DNA from: an uncultured delta proteobacterium
GTDB lineage: Bacteria > Myxococcota_A > UBA9160 > SMWR01
Direction of reading: 5' to 3'
Length of the DNA stretch: 64,000 nt
Assembly (NCBI GenBank): GCA_963832165.1
Contig: CAWHTE010000011.1
Location: forward strand, 32,001 to 96,000
Shown: one piece after another, positions 46,880-55,646 of the stretch
Layout: each line of letters begins with the position of its first letter
Numbering within the stretch: position 1 is the stretch's first letter
Notes under the pieces: generated by a model
Told to the model about the DNA's origin: nothing
Database searches by the model: none
Seen by the model: the letters and a program-made list of their open reading frames with translations, nothing else
Made by a program: the position numbers and the translations under genes

Positions 46880-48382
46880 GTGAAGCCGACGAAGCCGCCC
46901 GGATCCTGGAACGCTGCCTGTGCTCGCGCGGGAACGGCGGCGTGGCTCGTGCTTCCCGCGCCCGCGGCTGCGCATTCCTTCGGGCGCGTCTACAACCTGC
47001 CGGTCCCGTTCTGGCTCTACGGATTCGCAGCCGCTGCAGCGCTGCTCCTGTCCTTCCTGATCGTCGGATACTTCGTCGCGGTGCCGCGGTCTGCGTCGGC
47101 CGAGGGAGCGCGCGACATCGGGCAGCTCGGCTGGGTTCGCGCGCTGCGCCGCGTTCGTCTCGTGCCGGCGCTCGCAGTGATGAGCGTGCTCGGGCTGCTG
47201 CTCTGCATCCTCACGGGCTTCTTCGGCAGCCGCGATCCCTACCGGAATTTCAGCATGACCTTCTTCTGGGTCGTGTTCACGCTGGGATTCGCCTACTTCA
47301 CTGCTCTCGTCGGCAACCTGTACGACGCGATCAATCCCTGGCGTGTGATCACGCAGGCGCTCGCGCGGGTGTTTCCGCAGTTCGCGCGCGGGCGGGTGCA
47401 TTATCCGGATGCGCTCTCGTACTGGCCCGCGCTCGGTCTCTACATGGCGTTCATCTGGATCGAGCTCTTCGGTCGCACCACGCCGTTCTCGCTCGCCGCC
47501 TGTCTGCTCGCGTACACGTTCATCAACCTCGCCGGCGCGTGGTGGTTCGGATCGCCCGCATGGTTCCGATACGCCGAGTTCCTGAGCGTCTTCATGCGAC
47601 AGCTCGGGCGCATGGCGCCGCTCGAGTATCGGCTTGCGGTGCCCGACGGCACCGCAAGCCGATTGCGCTGGCGCGTCCCGTTCTCGGGCTTGCTGCAGGA
47701 ACGCGCCGAGAGCCTGAGCCTGGTCGTGTTCGGGCTGTTCATGCTCTCGTCCACGGCCTTTGACGGCCTGCGCACGACGGCGGTCTGGTTCAGGCTCTTC
47801 TGGGACGATCCCACGGGCCTCCTGTTCGCCTGGCAGGGACGCAACCCCATCTACGCGTTCGAGACGCTGCGGCCGTACTACCTCGCGTACGAGACGTTCT
47901 GGCTGGTGGCGTCTCCGTTCGTGTACCTGGCGATCTATCTCGGGTTCATCTGGCTCGCGCGGCTCGTCACGCGCAGCGTGCGGCCGATGCGCGAGCTCGC
48001 GCTCGACTTCGCCCATACGCTCTTGCCGATCGCCCTGGTCTACAACGTCACGCACTACTTCACGCTGATCCTGACCGAGGGCGCGAGGATCGTGAGCCTC
48101 TCGTCCGACCCCTTCGGCTGGGGATGGGATCTGCTGGGCACGGCGGGCGTGCTCCGCGCGCCGATCATCCCGGACATGAACTGGGTCTGGCACGCGCAGG
48201 TCGCGCTGATCCTGTTCGGCCACATCGCGAGCGTCTATTTCGCGCACGTCGTCGCGCTGCGCGTGTTCGCGACGCGACGCGCGGCGATGCTGAGTCAGCT
48301 GCCGATGCTGGGCCTGATGGTGCTCTTCACCGTCGCGGGGCTCTGGATCCTCGCGCAGCCGATCCAGTCGGGAGCGCGATAG
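46880..48382 (+). CDS. Conserved polytopic membrane protein
   Basis: HSFGRVYNLPVP start, INPW, YNVTHYF, SDPFGWGWDLLGT, about 10 TM helices. Confidence 0.75.
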   Translation: MKPTKPPGSWNAACARAGTAAWLVLPAPAAAHSFGRVYNLPVPFWLYGFAAAAALLLSFLIVGYFVAVPRSASAEGARDIGQLGWVRALRRVRLVPALAVMSVLGLLLCILTGFFGSRDPYRNFSMTFFWVVFTLGFAYFTALVGNLYDAINPWRVITQALARVFPQFARGRVHYPDALSYWPALGLYMAFIWIELFGRTTPFSLAACLLAYTFINLAGAWWFGSPAWFRYAEFLSVFMRQLGRMAPLEYRLAVPDGTASRLRWRVPFSGLLQERAESLSLVVFGLFMLSSTAFDGLRTTAVWFRLFWDDPTGLLFAWQGRNPIYAFETLRPYYLAYETFWLVASPFVYLAIYLGFIWLARLVTRSVRPMRELALDFAHTLLPIALVYNVTHYFTLILTEGARIVSLSSDPFGWGWDLLGTAGVLRAPIIPDMNWVWHAQVALILFGHIASVYFAHVVALRVFATRRAAMLSQLPMLGLMVLFTVAGLWILAQPIQSGAR

Positions 48383-50114
48383 CGCGCCGGCGCGCGAGCG
48401 CCGCGAGTACGGCGGCGCCCGCGGCGAGCGAGAGCGAGGTCCCGGACTCGGGCAGTGCGGTGAGCACGGCGGAGGTGCCCGGCGATCCGGGGTCGCCCAG
48501 CGGGATCTCGAGCGCGGGACGCCCGTGGGCGACGTTCTTGGCGTCGAGGGCCAGATGCTCGCGAAGCTTGCCCTCGAGCCGCACGACCCAGAAGCCGCCG
48601 CTCGCGGTCGAGAACCAGATCTCCCCGCGCTCGGCGTCGTAGTGGTTGTGCGCCCACGCCTGGTCGAGCTGCGTGGCCGCCGTCGGGTCGACGTCGCCCG
48701 GGTTGAAGTACGCGACTTCCGTCGGCCGCACCGGGTCGCGCACGTCGAACACGCGGATCCCGGCGTTCCACATCGACGCGATCGCGAAGGTGGTGTCCGT
48801 CGCGTCGTCGAAGTCGTGGTAATGCACCGACTGCGCGGTATTCGAGTCGTTCTGCGCCAGGCAGTTCTCGACCTGGTTGATCTCGAGGCCCATCTGCGAG
48901 GCGAGCACCGGAGCCGTGGGGTCGTCGATGTTGGTGAGCCACGGCTCCGCGGGCCCGAGGGCCGGGTTCAGGATCTCGGGAAGGCAACCGGTCGCGTCGC
49001 CGATGCTCTCCTCCGAGTGGATCACATAGCGCTTGCCGCCGATCGTGCCGGGACGCACCGAATGGCCGCGTCCGCTGCGCTGGCTGATGGCGCGCGGCAT
49101 CCCCTTCGGCGTGTTCGACGCGTCGCGCTCGAGCCACTCCGTGACGTCGAGGATCGTGAAGATCTCGAACACGGGGAGCTGCGAGCCGAGGTAGAGGATC
49201 TTGCTGTCCGCACTCCAGTCGATGTTGGTCGCGGCCTCGTGACTCGTGTAGAGCGGGTGCTGGATCTCGCGAATCTCGGGGGGCAGGAAGTCATCGACGT
49301 CGGCGTACGGTCCGGGCGCCAGCATCGGGCCTTCCATCACGTCGTGCAGGTTGCCGAGGTAGACGACGCCCGTCTGCGGATCGGAGTCCCACAGCCCGGA
49401 GATGTCGACCATCTGGAGCGGCTGCGTGGCAATGACGTATCGGCCGTCGGGCGAGATCGTCAGGTTGTGGATGTTGTCCGGCCAGAAGTACGTGGCCATG
49501 TGCTTCCACTTGCTGCAGTCCGGGTCCGAGACGTCGTAGATGTCCATCGGCCTCGGGTTCAGTTCCACTGGCAGGCTCAAGATGGTGTTGCCGTACTGGC
49601 CGGCCACGAGGATCGACCGGCCCGACGGTGTCGTGAGGGCATGAATCGTCTCGCCCACCGCGACCGAGCCGGGGTGGCGGAGCGTGGCGACGTGTTTCGG
49701 ATGTGCGCTGTCGGCGACGTCGACCACCGCCACTCCGCTGCCGGGCCCCACGCTCGGTAGGCCCGCCACCGTGAGGTTGTTGCCGACGTACGCGCAGTGG
49801 CCCGCGAACGCCGTGTTGGCGTTGCCCGTGGGCGTTCGACCGTCGAAGTCGAGCCGGGTGTGGCCAACGAGCGAGAGGCCGCAGTTGTAGCCGAGCTGCG
49901 CGCGCCCCGAGGTCTGATCCGGCCGCGGAACGTCTCCCTGGATGCCGGGCTCCGGAAGGTCGTTCGCACCGCACTGATGATCCTGTAACAGCACCGTTTC
50001 GAGGTTGTAGATGTCCGGATCCCAGTCGGCGGAGGCGAGGTAGGCGACGAGCGGGAGCCCGCACAGCGCACCACCGGCGGCCAGCGCGATCGTCGTCCTG
50101 CGGATGGACTTCAT
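48327..50114 (-). CDS. Secreted LVIVD-like repeat protein with variant PEP-CTERM (LPES) tail
   Basis: VAVVDV, GIRVFDVRDPVRPTEVAYF; LPESG + TM + RRR. Confidence 0.72.
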   Translation of the reverse strand: MKSIRRTTIALAAGGALCGLPLVAYLASADWDPDIYNLETVLLQDHQCGANDLPEPGIQGDVPRPDQTSGRAQLGYNCGLSLVGHTRLDFDGRTPTGNANTAFAGHCAYVGNNLTVAGLPSVGPGSGVAVVDVADSAHPKHVATLRHPGSVAVGETIHALTTPSGRSILVAGQYGNTILSLPVELNPRPMDIYDVSDPDCSKWKHMATYFWPDNIHNLTISPDGRYVIATQPLQMVDISGLWDSDPQTGVVYLGNLHDVMEGPMLAPGPYADVDDFLPPEIREIQHPLYTSHEAATNIDWSADSKILYLGSQLPVFEIFTILDVTEWLERDASNTPKGMPRAISQRSGRGHSVRPGTIGGKRYVIHSEESIGDATGCLPEILNPALGPAEPWLTNIDDPTAPVLASQMGLEINQVENCLAQNDSNTAQSVHYHDFDDATDTTFAIASMWNAGIRVFDVRDPVRPTEVAYFNPGDVDPTAATQLDQAWAHNHYDAERGEIWFSTASGGFWVVRLEGKLREHLALDAKNVAHGRPALEIPLGDPGSPGTSAVLTALPESGTSLSLAAGAAVLAALARRRAIALPTGSAARGSRAPRR

Positions 50115-50272
50115 GATGGCCTCCCAACCCCCCGCGGCCGTCGCAGCGACAGCGTTAGTTCTGGAGCGGGCATGATCGCATCTGGGCGCGCCGCGCGGCA
50201 ACCCAATCTCTCACTGGAAGAGCGCCGTTCCGCGCCCCGGGGGTCGCGCGCGTGGATTCGCTGCCGAGATGG

Positions 50273-51391
50273 TTAGGCGTTCGTACTACGTGCGCTCCGG
50301 CGGCGCAGCACCTTCGCGCGGAACGCGCGGATCACCGGGAGCCGATCGGTCCAGGCCGACGCGTCGAGCCGCGCGGGGTCGAGCTCGCTCGGGGCACCCG
50401 CAAAGCCTTCGGGAATCTGACTGTGGAGCGTGGGCGGGCGCGTCGACTCGTCGACATAACAGTACTCGTAGCCGGGCACACAGAGATCTTCGGCTGCGTG
50501 CACGTCGATCGAGCGGACCCCGAACGGCGTGATCTCGGTGGTGAGCGCCTGCGGAGGAATGATCCACGCGTGCCGCGGCGCCGCGACGAACTGGTACTGG
50601 ATCTGCCGGTTGCGCGACAGGATCCGGAACTTGCGGATCGCGCCGCCGTAGAAGCGGCTGTGCGAGCGGTGCATCTCGAGCACGCCGCGCGTGAAGTCGG
50701 GCTCGAAGCCCGCGGCGAAGCGCAGTGAGCCCGGGTCGTTCTTGCGCGTGAACCACGCGACGTCGCGACCGCGCCGGATCCGGTTGCGCAGGTTCGCGCG
50801 CGCGCGCCGGCGCGGCCCGGCGAAGTCCTCGTAGGGCTCGAGTCGGCGGTCGGGTGCGCGGCGCAACAGCCGCCCCACCGCGGCGGTGTCGCTGCGCGGC
50901 CGCGCGGAGCGGCGCGTCAGATCGTCGAGCGCCCCCTGGATCTCGAGCGGGAGGTTCGTGGTCTCCTCGAACGTGGCCAGGATCTCCTCGCCGTCCTGGA
51001 CCACCCAGCGCACGTCTCCCTTGCCCATCCAGTTCTCGTGCTCGGAGCGGATGAAGTGGCTCGGCGACCGCCACACGAGCGAGTAGTCCTTCGAGAACAG
51101 GTGCGGATAGATCCGCTGCGAATCGCTCGTGGGCAGGATCCACGCCACGAAGAAGCGCAGCGTTCCCTCCCAGCTGCGGTCCTCGCGCATGTCCGTCAGG
51201 TAGTAGGTCGTGTCGAACAGTCGAATCGCATGCTTCGGCAGATACGCGCGCACCAGCTGCATCGGGTTGGCGCGCGCGCTGCCCGACGGGCGGATCTGTA
51301 CGCCCCGTTCGAGGAGGTCGCGGAACTCGCGCGCGATCTTCCGCGCGTCGCTCTCGGCTTCCACGCCCTTTGTGATTCGCGTCTCGAGCAC
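50273..51391 (-). CDS. Hypothetical protein
   Basis: 372-aa ORF with genome-typical codon use and normal composition. Confidence 0.7.
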   Translation of the reverse strand: MLETRITKGVEAESDARKIAREFRDLLERGVQIRPSGSARANPMQLVRAYLPKHAIRLFDTTYYLTDMREDRSWEGTLRFFVAWILPTSDSQRIYPHLFSKDYSLVWRSPSHFIRSEHENWMGKGDVRWVVQDGEEILATFEETTNLPLEIQGALDDLTRRSARPRSDTAAVGRLLRRAPDRRLEPYEDFAGPRRRARANLRNRIRRGRDVAWFTRKNDPGSLRFAAGFEPDFTRGVLEMHRSHSRFYGGAIRKFRILSRNRQIQYQFVAAPRHAWIIPPQALTTEITPFGVRSIDVHAAEDLCVPGYEYCYVDESTRPPTLHSQIPEGFAGAPSELDPARLDASAWTDRLPVIRAFRAKVLRRRSARSTNA

Positions 51392-51399
51392 CGCACACC

Positions 51400-52365
51400 C
51401 TACGGCGTGAATTCGTCCCCGTCGTGCGCGACCGCGATCGGACCGTCGTACGAGTCATCGACGAGGCTCGTGATCTGCAGGTCGAGCACGGCGGGCTGTC
51501 GCATGCGGATCAGCACGAGCGCGCCGACCTGGGCGCGCCGCGCGATCGCGCCGACCTCCGCGAAGTCGGTGTAGATCGCGGCCTCGCGCTTCAGGCGCTC
51601 CGGGTCGACGGTCAGGTTCGCGGCCTCCGCCTCCTCGGGCGTCGGCACGTGATTGAGATCGTGGAACAGGAAGTCGGCGCGGCGCGCGAGCGCCTCGAGC
51701 GCGGGACCGTCCCAGCCGGTGCCGCCGATCACTGCGCTCTTGTTCTTTGCCTCGATCCGCCATGCGAGCGCGGGCAGGGGACCCCCCGCGAGCGCGCCCG
51801 CGCGCAGCGCGAGCGCGCCGAGCGTCTCCTCGGCGCCATCGCCGACCTCGCGCGCGTCGAGCGCGGGCGGCGCGGGGTCGTCGCCGAGCGCGCGCGAGCG
51901 CGCGACCACGCCCGCGGAGATCTGCGCGACCACGTGCTGCGCGAGATCCGCGGTGCCGGGCGGGCCGACCACGCGCAGCGGCGCGCGCCGTCCGGCGAAC
52001 CACGCCGCGGCGAGCAGGTCGTCGAGGCCGACCGTGTTCTCGGGCAGGAGGCTCGTGAGCACGACGAGGCCGGGCTGGCTCGGCGGGATCTTCGCCGCGC
52101 GCAGAGCCTCGGCGACGCCACGGCCCGCGTCCACGAGCAGGACCGAGTCCCCGAGACCCACCGCGATCGAGGTCCCGCGCCGGTTGTGATCCTCGCCGGC
52201 CGCAGCGGTGCCGAGCACCACCAGCATAAAGCGTTCGAATTCGCGCGGCGTGAGCGGCAGGAAGCCCGCCGAGACGCGGTCGAACTGCCACGCCGCGCAC
52301 GTGAGCACCCAGCTCATCACGCCCACCGCGAGCGCAAGCACGAGCCCGACGACGCGCAGGTTCAC
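51400..52365 (-). CDS. RNase Z/AtsA-like MBL-fold protein lacking metal ligands
   Basis: VLGT, LLVDAGRG, LRVVGPPGT; HxHxDH position reads SLLPEN; GTGA overlap with purU. Confidence 0.75.
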   Translation of the reverse strand: MNLRVVGLVLALAVGVMSWVLTCAAWQFDRVSAGFLPLTPREFERFMLVVLGTAAAGEDHNRRGTSIAVGLGDSVLLVDAGRGVAEALRAAKIPPSQPGLVVLTSLLPENTVGLDDLLAAAWFAGRRAPLRVVGPPGTADLAQHVVAQISAGVVARSRALGDDPAPPALDAREVGDGAEETLGALALRAGALAGGPLPALAWRIEAKNKSAVIGGTGWDGPALEALARRADFLFHDLNHVPTPEEAEAANLTVDPERLKREAAIYTDFAEVGAIARRAQVGALVLIRMRQPAVLDLQITSLVDDSYDGPIAVAHDGDEFTP

Positions 52366-53222
52366 GAGAAGACGACCGTCTTGTTTCCGTATACGAGCAC
52401 GCGGTCTTCGAGGTGCCAGCGAACCGCGCGCGAGAGCACGTTGCGCTCGACGTCGGCGCCCTTGCGAACCAGTTCGGCAGCGGTGTCCCGGTGCGAGGCG
52501 CGGATCACGTCCTGCTCGATGATCGGACCCTCGTCGAGGTCCTTGGTGGCGTAGTGCGCCGTAGCGCCGATCAGCTTCACGCCGCGCTCGTGCGCCTGCT
52601 GGTACGGGCGCCCGCCGCTGAACGAGGGCAGGAACGAGTGGTGGATGTTGATGATGCGATGGGCGAAGCGCTCGACGAACTCCGAGGAGAGGATCTGCAT
52701 GTAGCGCGCGAGCACGACCAGATCGATCCGCTCCGATTCGAGCAGCGCGATCTGCGCGGCCTCCGAAGCGGCCTTCGTCTCGGACTTCACGGGGATCACG
52801 CGGTACGGGATGCCGAACTGCGCCGCGACCGGTGCGAGCTGTTGGTGGTTGGAGACGATCAGCGGGAGATCGCACACGAGCTCGCCCGAGCGGTGGCGCA
52901 GCAGCAGATCCCAGAGGCAGTGATCGGTGCGCGAGACGAAGATCGCCACGCGCTTGCGGCACACGGAGTCGCACAGGCGCCAGGTCATGCGCAGGCGCTC
53001 GGCCACCTCGGCGATCGCGGCCTCGAGGCTCGTGCGATCGGTGCGCAGCTCCGCGGTGTCGAAGTGGATCCGCTGGAAGAAGATGCCCGCGGTCGTGTCG
53101 GTGTGCTGATCGGCGTCGAGGATGTTGGCGCCGTGCCCGTAGAGAAGCTGGGCGAGCGCCGCGACGATCCCGCGCTGGTCGGGGCAGGAGACGAGCAGCG
53201 TGGCAGTGGAGGAGTGGGGCAC
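52362..53222 (-). CDS. purU: Formyltetrahydrofolate deformylase
   Basis: CPDQRGIVA, LARYMQIL, INIHHSFLP, GATAHY, LDEGPIIEQ. Confidence 0.96.
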   Translation of the reverse strand: MPHSSTATLLVSCPDQRGIVAALAQLLYGHGANILDADQHTDTTAGIFFQRIHFDTAELRTDRTSLEAAIAEVAERLRMTWRLCDSVCRKRVAIFVSRTDHCLWDLLLRHRSGELVCDLPLIVSNHQQLAPVAAQFGIPYRVIPVKSETKAASEAAQIALLESERIDLVVLARYMQILSSEFVERFAHRIINIHHSFLPSFSGGRPYQQAHERGVKLIGATAHYATKDLDEGPIIEQDVIRASHRDTAAELVRKGADVERNVLSRAVRWHLEDRVLVYGNKTVVFS

Positions 53223-53254
53223 GCGCGCGAAGGTATCGGAATCGGAGTGCGGGC

Positions 53255-53330
53255 AAAAAAAGGCCCCGAGAGCAGGCGCCGGTGGTACCGGCAACCTTCG
53301 GAGCGGCTACGGCATCCGCGCTCTCGGGGC
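53255..53330 (-). terminator. Intrinsic terminator-like branched stem + U7
   Basis: GCCCCGAGAGC/GCTCTCGGGGC (53320-53330 with 53263-53273), A-run at 53255-53261. Confidence 0.65.
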
Positions 53331-53586
53331 GGTGGCGCTGGGAACCTGCGTCCCCTTTGCCGAGATTTGGAATTCGGCTCGTGGCGCTAGGACGCCGCCA
53401 CCTCACTCGCCGTAGTACTGCTTTGGTTCACCGAATCACCTCCGTCTCGGCGTGGGGTACATCCAGCGGGGCCCAGACCCCGCCTCCTGACCGGTTCCCA
53501 AGGTGGTCGCCGTTACCGCCCCTTTCCGGCCGCCCCACCCGGCCGACTTCGGCCGACTGGGACTTGGGGACGAGTGAGGTCCCCTG
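53255..53586 (-). ncRNA. Putative large structured non-coding RNA, family unrecognised
   Basis: TAAGTT -10 at 53598-53593, at least 9 helices, 10-bp long-range duplex, 11-bp terminal stem + U7. Confidence 0.65.
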
Positions 53587-53654
53587 CAACGCAACTTATC
53601 GGACGGCCGGCGGGATCACCAGACTCGTTCCCTTGAAAGCCAGGCAGGCAAACG

Positions 53655-55619
53655 TCAGGGCAGCGTGTAGGCGATCACGGCGTCGCCGATCGGCGAGCCG
53701 ACCCCGGCGTGTCCGCCCGGCGCGACGACGAGGAACTGCTTGTGGCCCGGCGCGAGCTTGTAGCTGATCGGGCCCGCGTGAAGGCCTGCGGGCAGGTCGA
53801 ACGTGGCGATCCGCGCGCCCGTGCCGACGTCGTGGACGCGCAGCACCGGAAAGCGCGTGCCGCCGTGGAACACGAGGCCGCTCGCGGTGACGAGCGCGGG
53901 TCCGTAGCCCGAAGTGCCCGGGTCGCTCTCCGCTGTGCTCGTCGACGCGCTCCACGCGATCGCGCCGCGCGCGAGGTCGACACCGACGAGCCGGCCCCAG
54001 GGCGGCCGATTGCACGGGACGTCATCGTGCTCGAACACGACGCGGCCGCCGAGCGGATTCACGCGGTAGCGGTCGCCGGTGCCGCTGCCCTTCCACAGCC
54101 AATAGAGGCTGCGGAAGGAGAACCCGCTGAGCGGGCGCACGTCGGCGCCGCCGCCGGTCGTGCGCTCGCCGACCTGCTCGAGTGTCACGATGTGCACGAG
54201 GTTCTGCACGGGCACCACGAGCATCGCGCGCTCGGGGTCGAAGCTCGCGCCCGACCAGTTCGCACCGCCGCCCGTGAACGGGTAGAGCACCGACCCGCGC
54301 AGGCTCGGCGGCGTGAATAGACCATCGTTGCGCAGCTGGGCCAGGCGCTCGCGGCACGCCGCGAGATGTGCCGGCGAGAGCCCGTAGAGATCGCCCTCGG
54401 CGAGGCGCTGCGGAACGATCGGCGGCGGCGCGCTGGGCACCGGCTGCGTGGGCCACGCGCGCTCGCCCGGCACGTCGCTCGCGGGCGCGGGCTGCTCCTC
54501 GACCGGAAAGAGCGGGCGTCCGGTCGCGCGGTCGAGCACGAACACGAACCCGTGCTTGGTCGCCTGCACGACGGCCTCCACCGACGTGCCTTCGCGCTCG
54601 AGTGTCACGAGCACGGGCGGCGCGGCGAGGTCGTAGTCCCAGAGGTCGTGGTGCACGGTCTGGAAGTGCCAGACCGGCCGGCCCGTCGCGGCGTCGAGCG
54701 CGACGACGGAGTCGCTGTACAGGTTCGCGCCGGGGCGATCGCCGCCGTAGAAGTCGGGGCTCGGCGTCGAGACGGGCAGGAACAGCCAGCCGCGCGCGAG
54801 ATCCGCCGTCATCGTCGACCACACGTTCGCGGCGCCCGCGAGCGCGATGTCGCCCTCCCAGGTCTCGTGCCCGGGCTCGCCCGCGTGCGGAATGGTGTGG
54901 AACGTCCAGCGCAGCGCGCCCGTGCGCACGTCGAACGCGCGCACGTCGCCCGGTGGCGCGTCGGGGCGCAGCGTATCGGCGATCGAGGAGCCCACGGCGA
55001 TCACGTCGCCGACCACGGTGCCGGGCGAGGTGAGGTTGTACTCGCGCGGGTCGTGGAGCGGCGCGATCCCATCGAGCAGGTTCACGCTGCCGCCGGCGCC
55101 GAAGTCGGCGCACGGCTGCCCCGTCGCGGCGTCGAGCGCGATCAGGCGCGCGTCGAGCGTGCCCAGGAATACGCGCGCGGCGCAGGGTCCGCTCGCATTC
55201 GGATCGCGCCAGTACGCGACGCCGCGGTTCTGCCACATGTTCGCGTAGATCCCGCCGCGCTCGAGCTTGGGGTCGAAGGTCCACAGCTCGCGGCCCGTCT
55301 CGGGCTCGAGCGCGATCACGCGGTTGGAGGGCGTGGTGAAGATGAGCCGACCGTCGACGACGATCGGCGTCGCCTCGAACGCGCTGCTGCGCTCCCTTTG
55401 CGGGGGCAGGGTCGCCTGCCACGAGTCGCCGTGGTGATAGGTCCAGGCCACGCGCAGCGCCGCCACGTTCGACGCGGTGATGTCGGTGAGCGGCGTGTAG
55501 CGGCCGCCGCCGGGCGCGCCCTCGGTGAAACGCCAGTCGGCGCTCTGGGGAGGCTCCGCGCTCGCCGCGTGCGCTGCGATCACGAGGCCTGCGAGCCACC
55601 GCGAGCTCACCCGGTACAT
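53655..55619 (-). CDS. PQQ-dependent glucose/quinate dehydrogenase-like quinoprotein (no N-terminal TM bundle)
   Basis: FEATPI, NRGVAYW, GAANVW, FQTVHHDLWDYD, GGANW, CNRPPWG; alternative ATG at 55628. Confidence 0.9.
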   Translation of the reverse strand: MYRVSSRWLAGLVIAAHAASAEPPQSADWRFTEGAPGGGRYTPLTDITASNVAALRVAWTYHHGDSWQATLPPQRERSSAFEATPIVVDGRLIFTTPSNRVIALEPETGRELWTFDPKLERGGIYANMWQNRGVAYWRDPNASGPCAARVFLGTLDARLIALDAATGQPCADFGAGGSVNLLDGIAPLHDPREYNLTSPGTVVGDVIAVGSSIADTLRPDAPPGDVRAFDVRTGALRWTFHTIPHAGEPGHETWEGDIALAGAANVWSTMTADLARGWLFLPVSTPSPDFYGGDRPGANLYSDSVVALDAATGRPVWHFQTVHHDLWDYDLAAPPVLVTLEREGTSVEAVVQATKHGFVFVLDRATGRPLFPVEEQPAPASDVPGERAWPTQPVPSAPPPIVPQRLAEGDLYGLSPAHLAACRERLAQLRNDGLFTPPSLRGSVLYPFTGGGANWSGASFDPERAMLVVPVQNLVHIVTLEQVGERTTGGGADVRPLSGFSFRSLYWLWKGSGTGDRYRVNPLGGRVVFEHDDVPCNRPPWGRLVGVDLARGAIAWSASTSTAESDPGTSGYGPALVTASGLVFHGGTRFPVLRVHDVGTGARIATFDLPAGLHAGPISYKLAPGHKQFLVVAPGGHAGVGSPIGDAVIAYTLP

Positions 55620-55626
55620 CGCCGAC

Positions 55627-55636
55627 ATAGTAGAAT
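55627..55636. promoter_or_regulatory. Overlapping bidirectional -10 elements
   Basis: TAGAAT (+, 55631-55636) and TACTAT (-, 55632-55627) between divergent ATGs at 55619 and 55647. Confidence 0.6.
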
Positions 55637-55646
55637 GTCGCCCGCC

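Noticed and set aside
53255..53586. ZTP, THF, glycine or c-di-GMP riboswitch controlling purU; RNase P, tmRNA or SRP
   Set aside because: Diagnostic motifs are not visible on the sense strand, and purU has its own leaderless -10; kept as an unknown ncRNA pending an Rfam search
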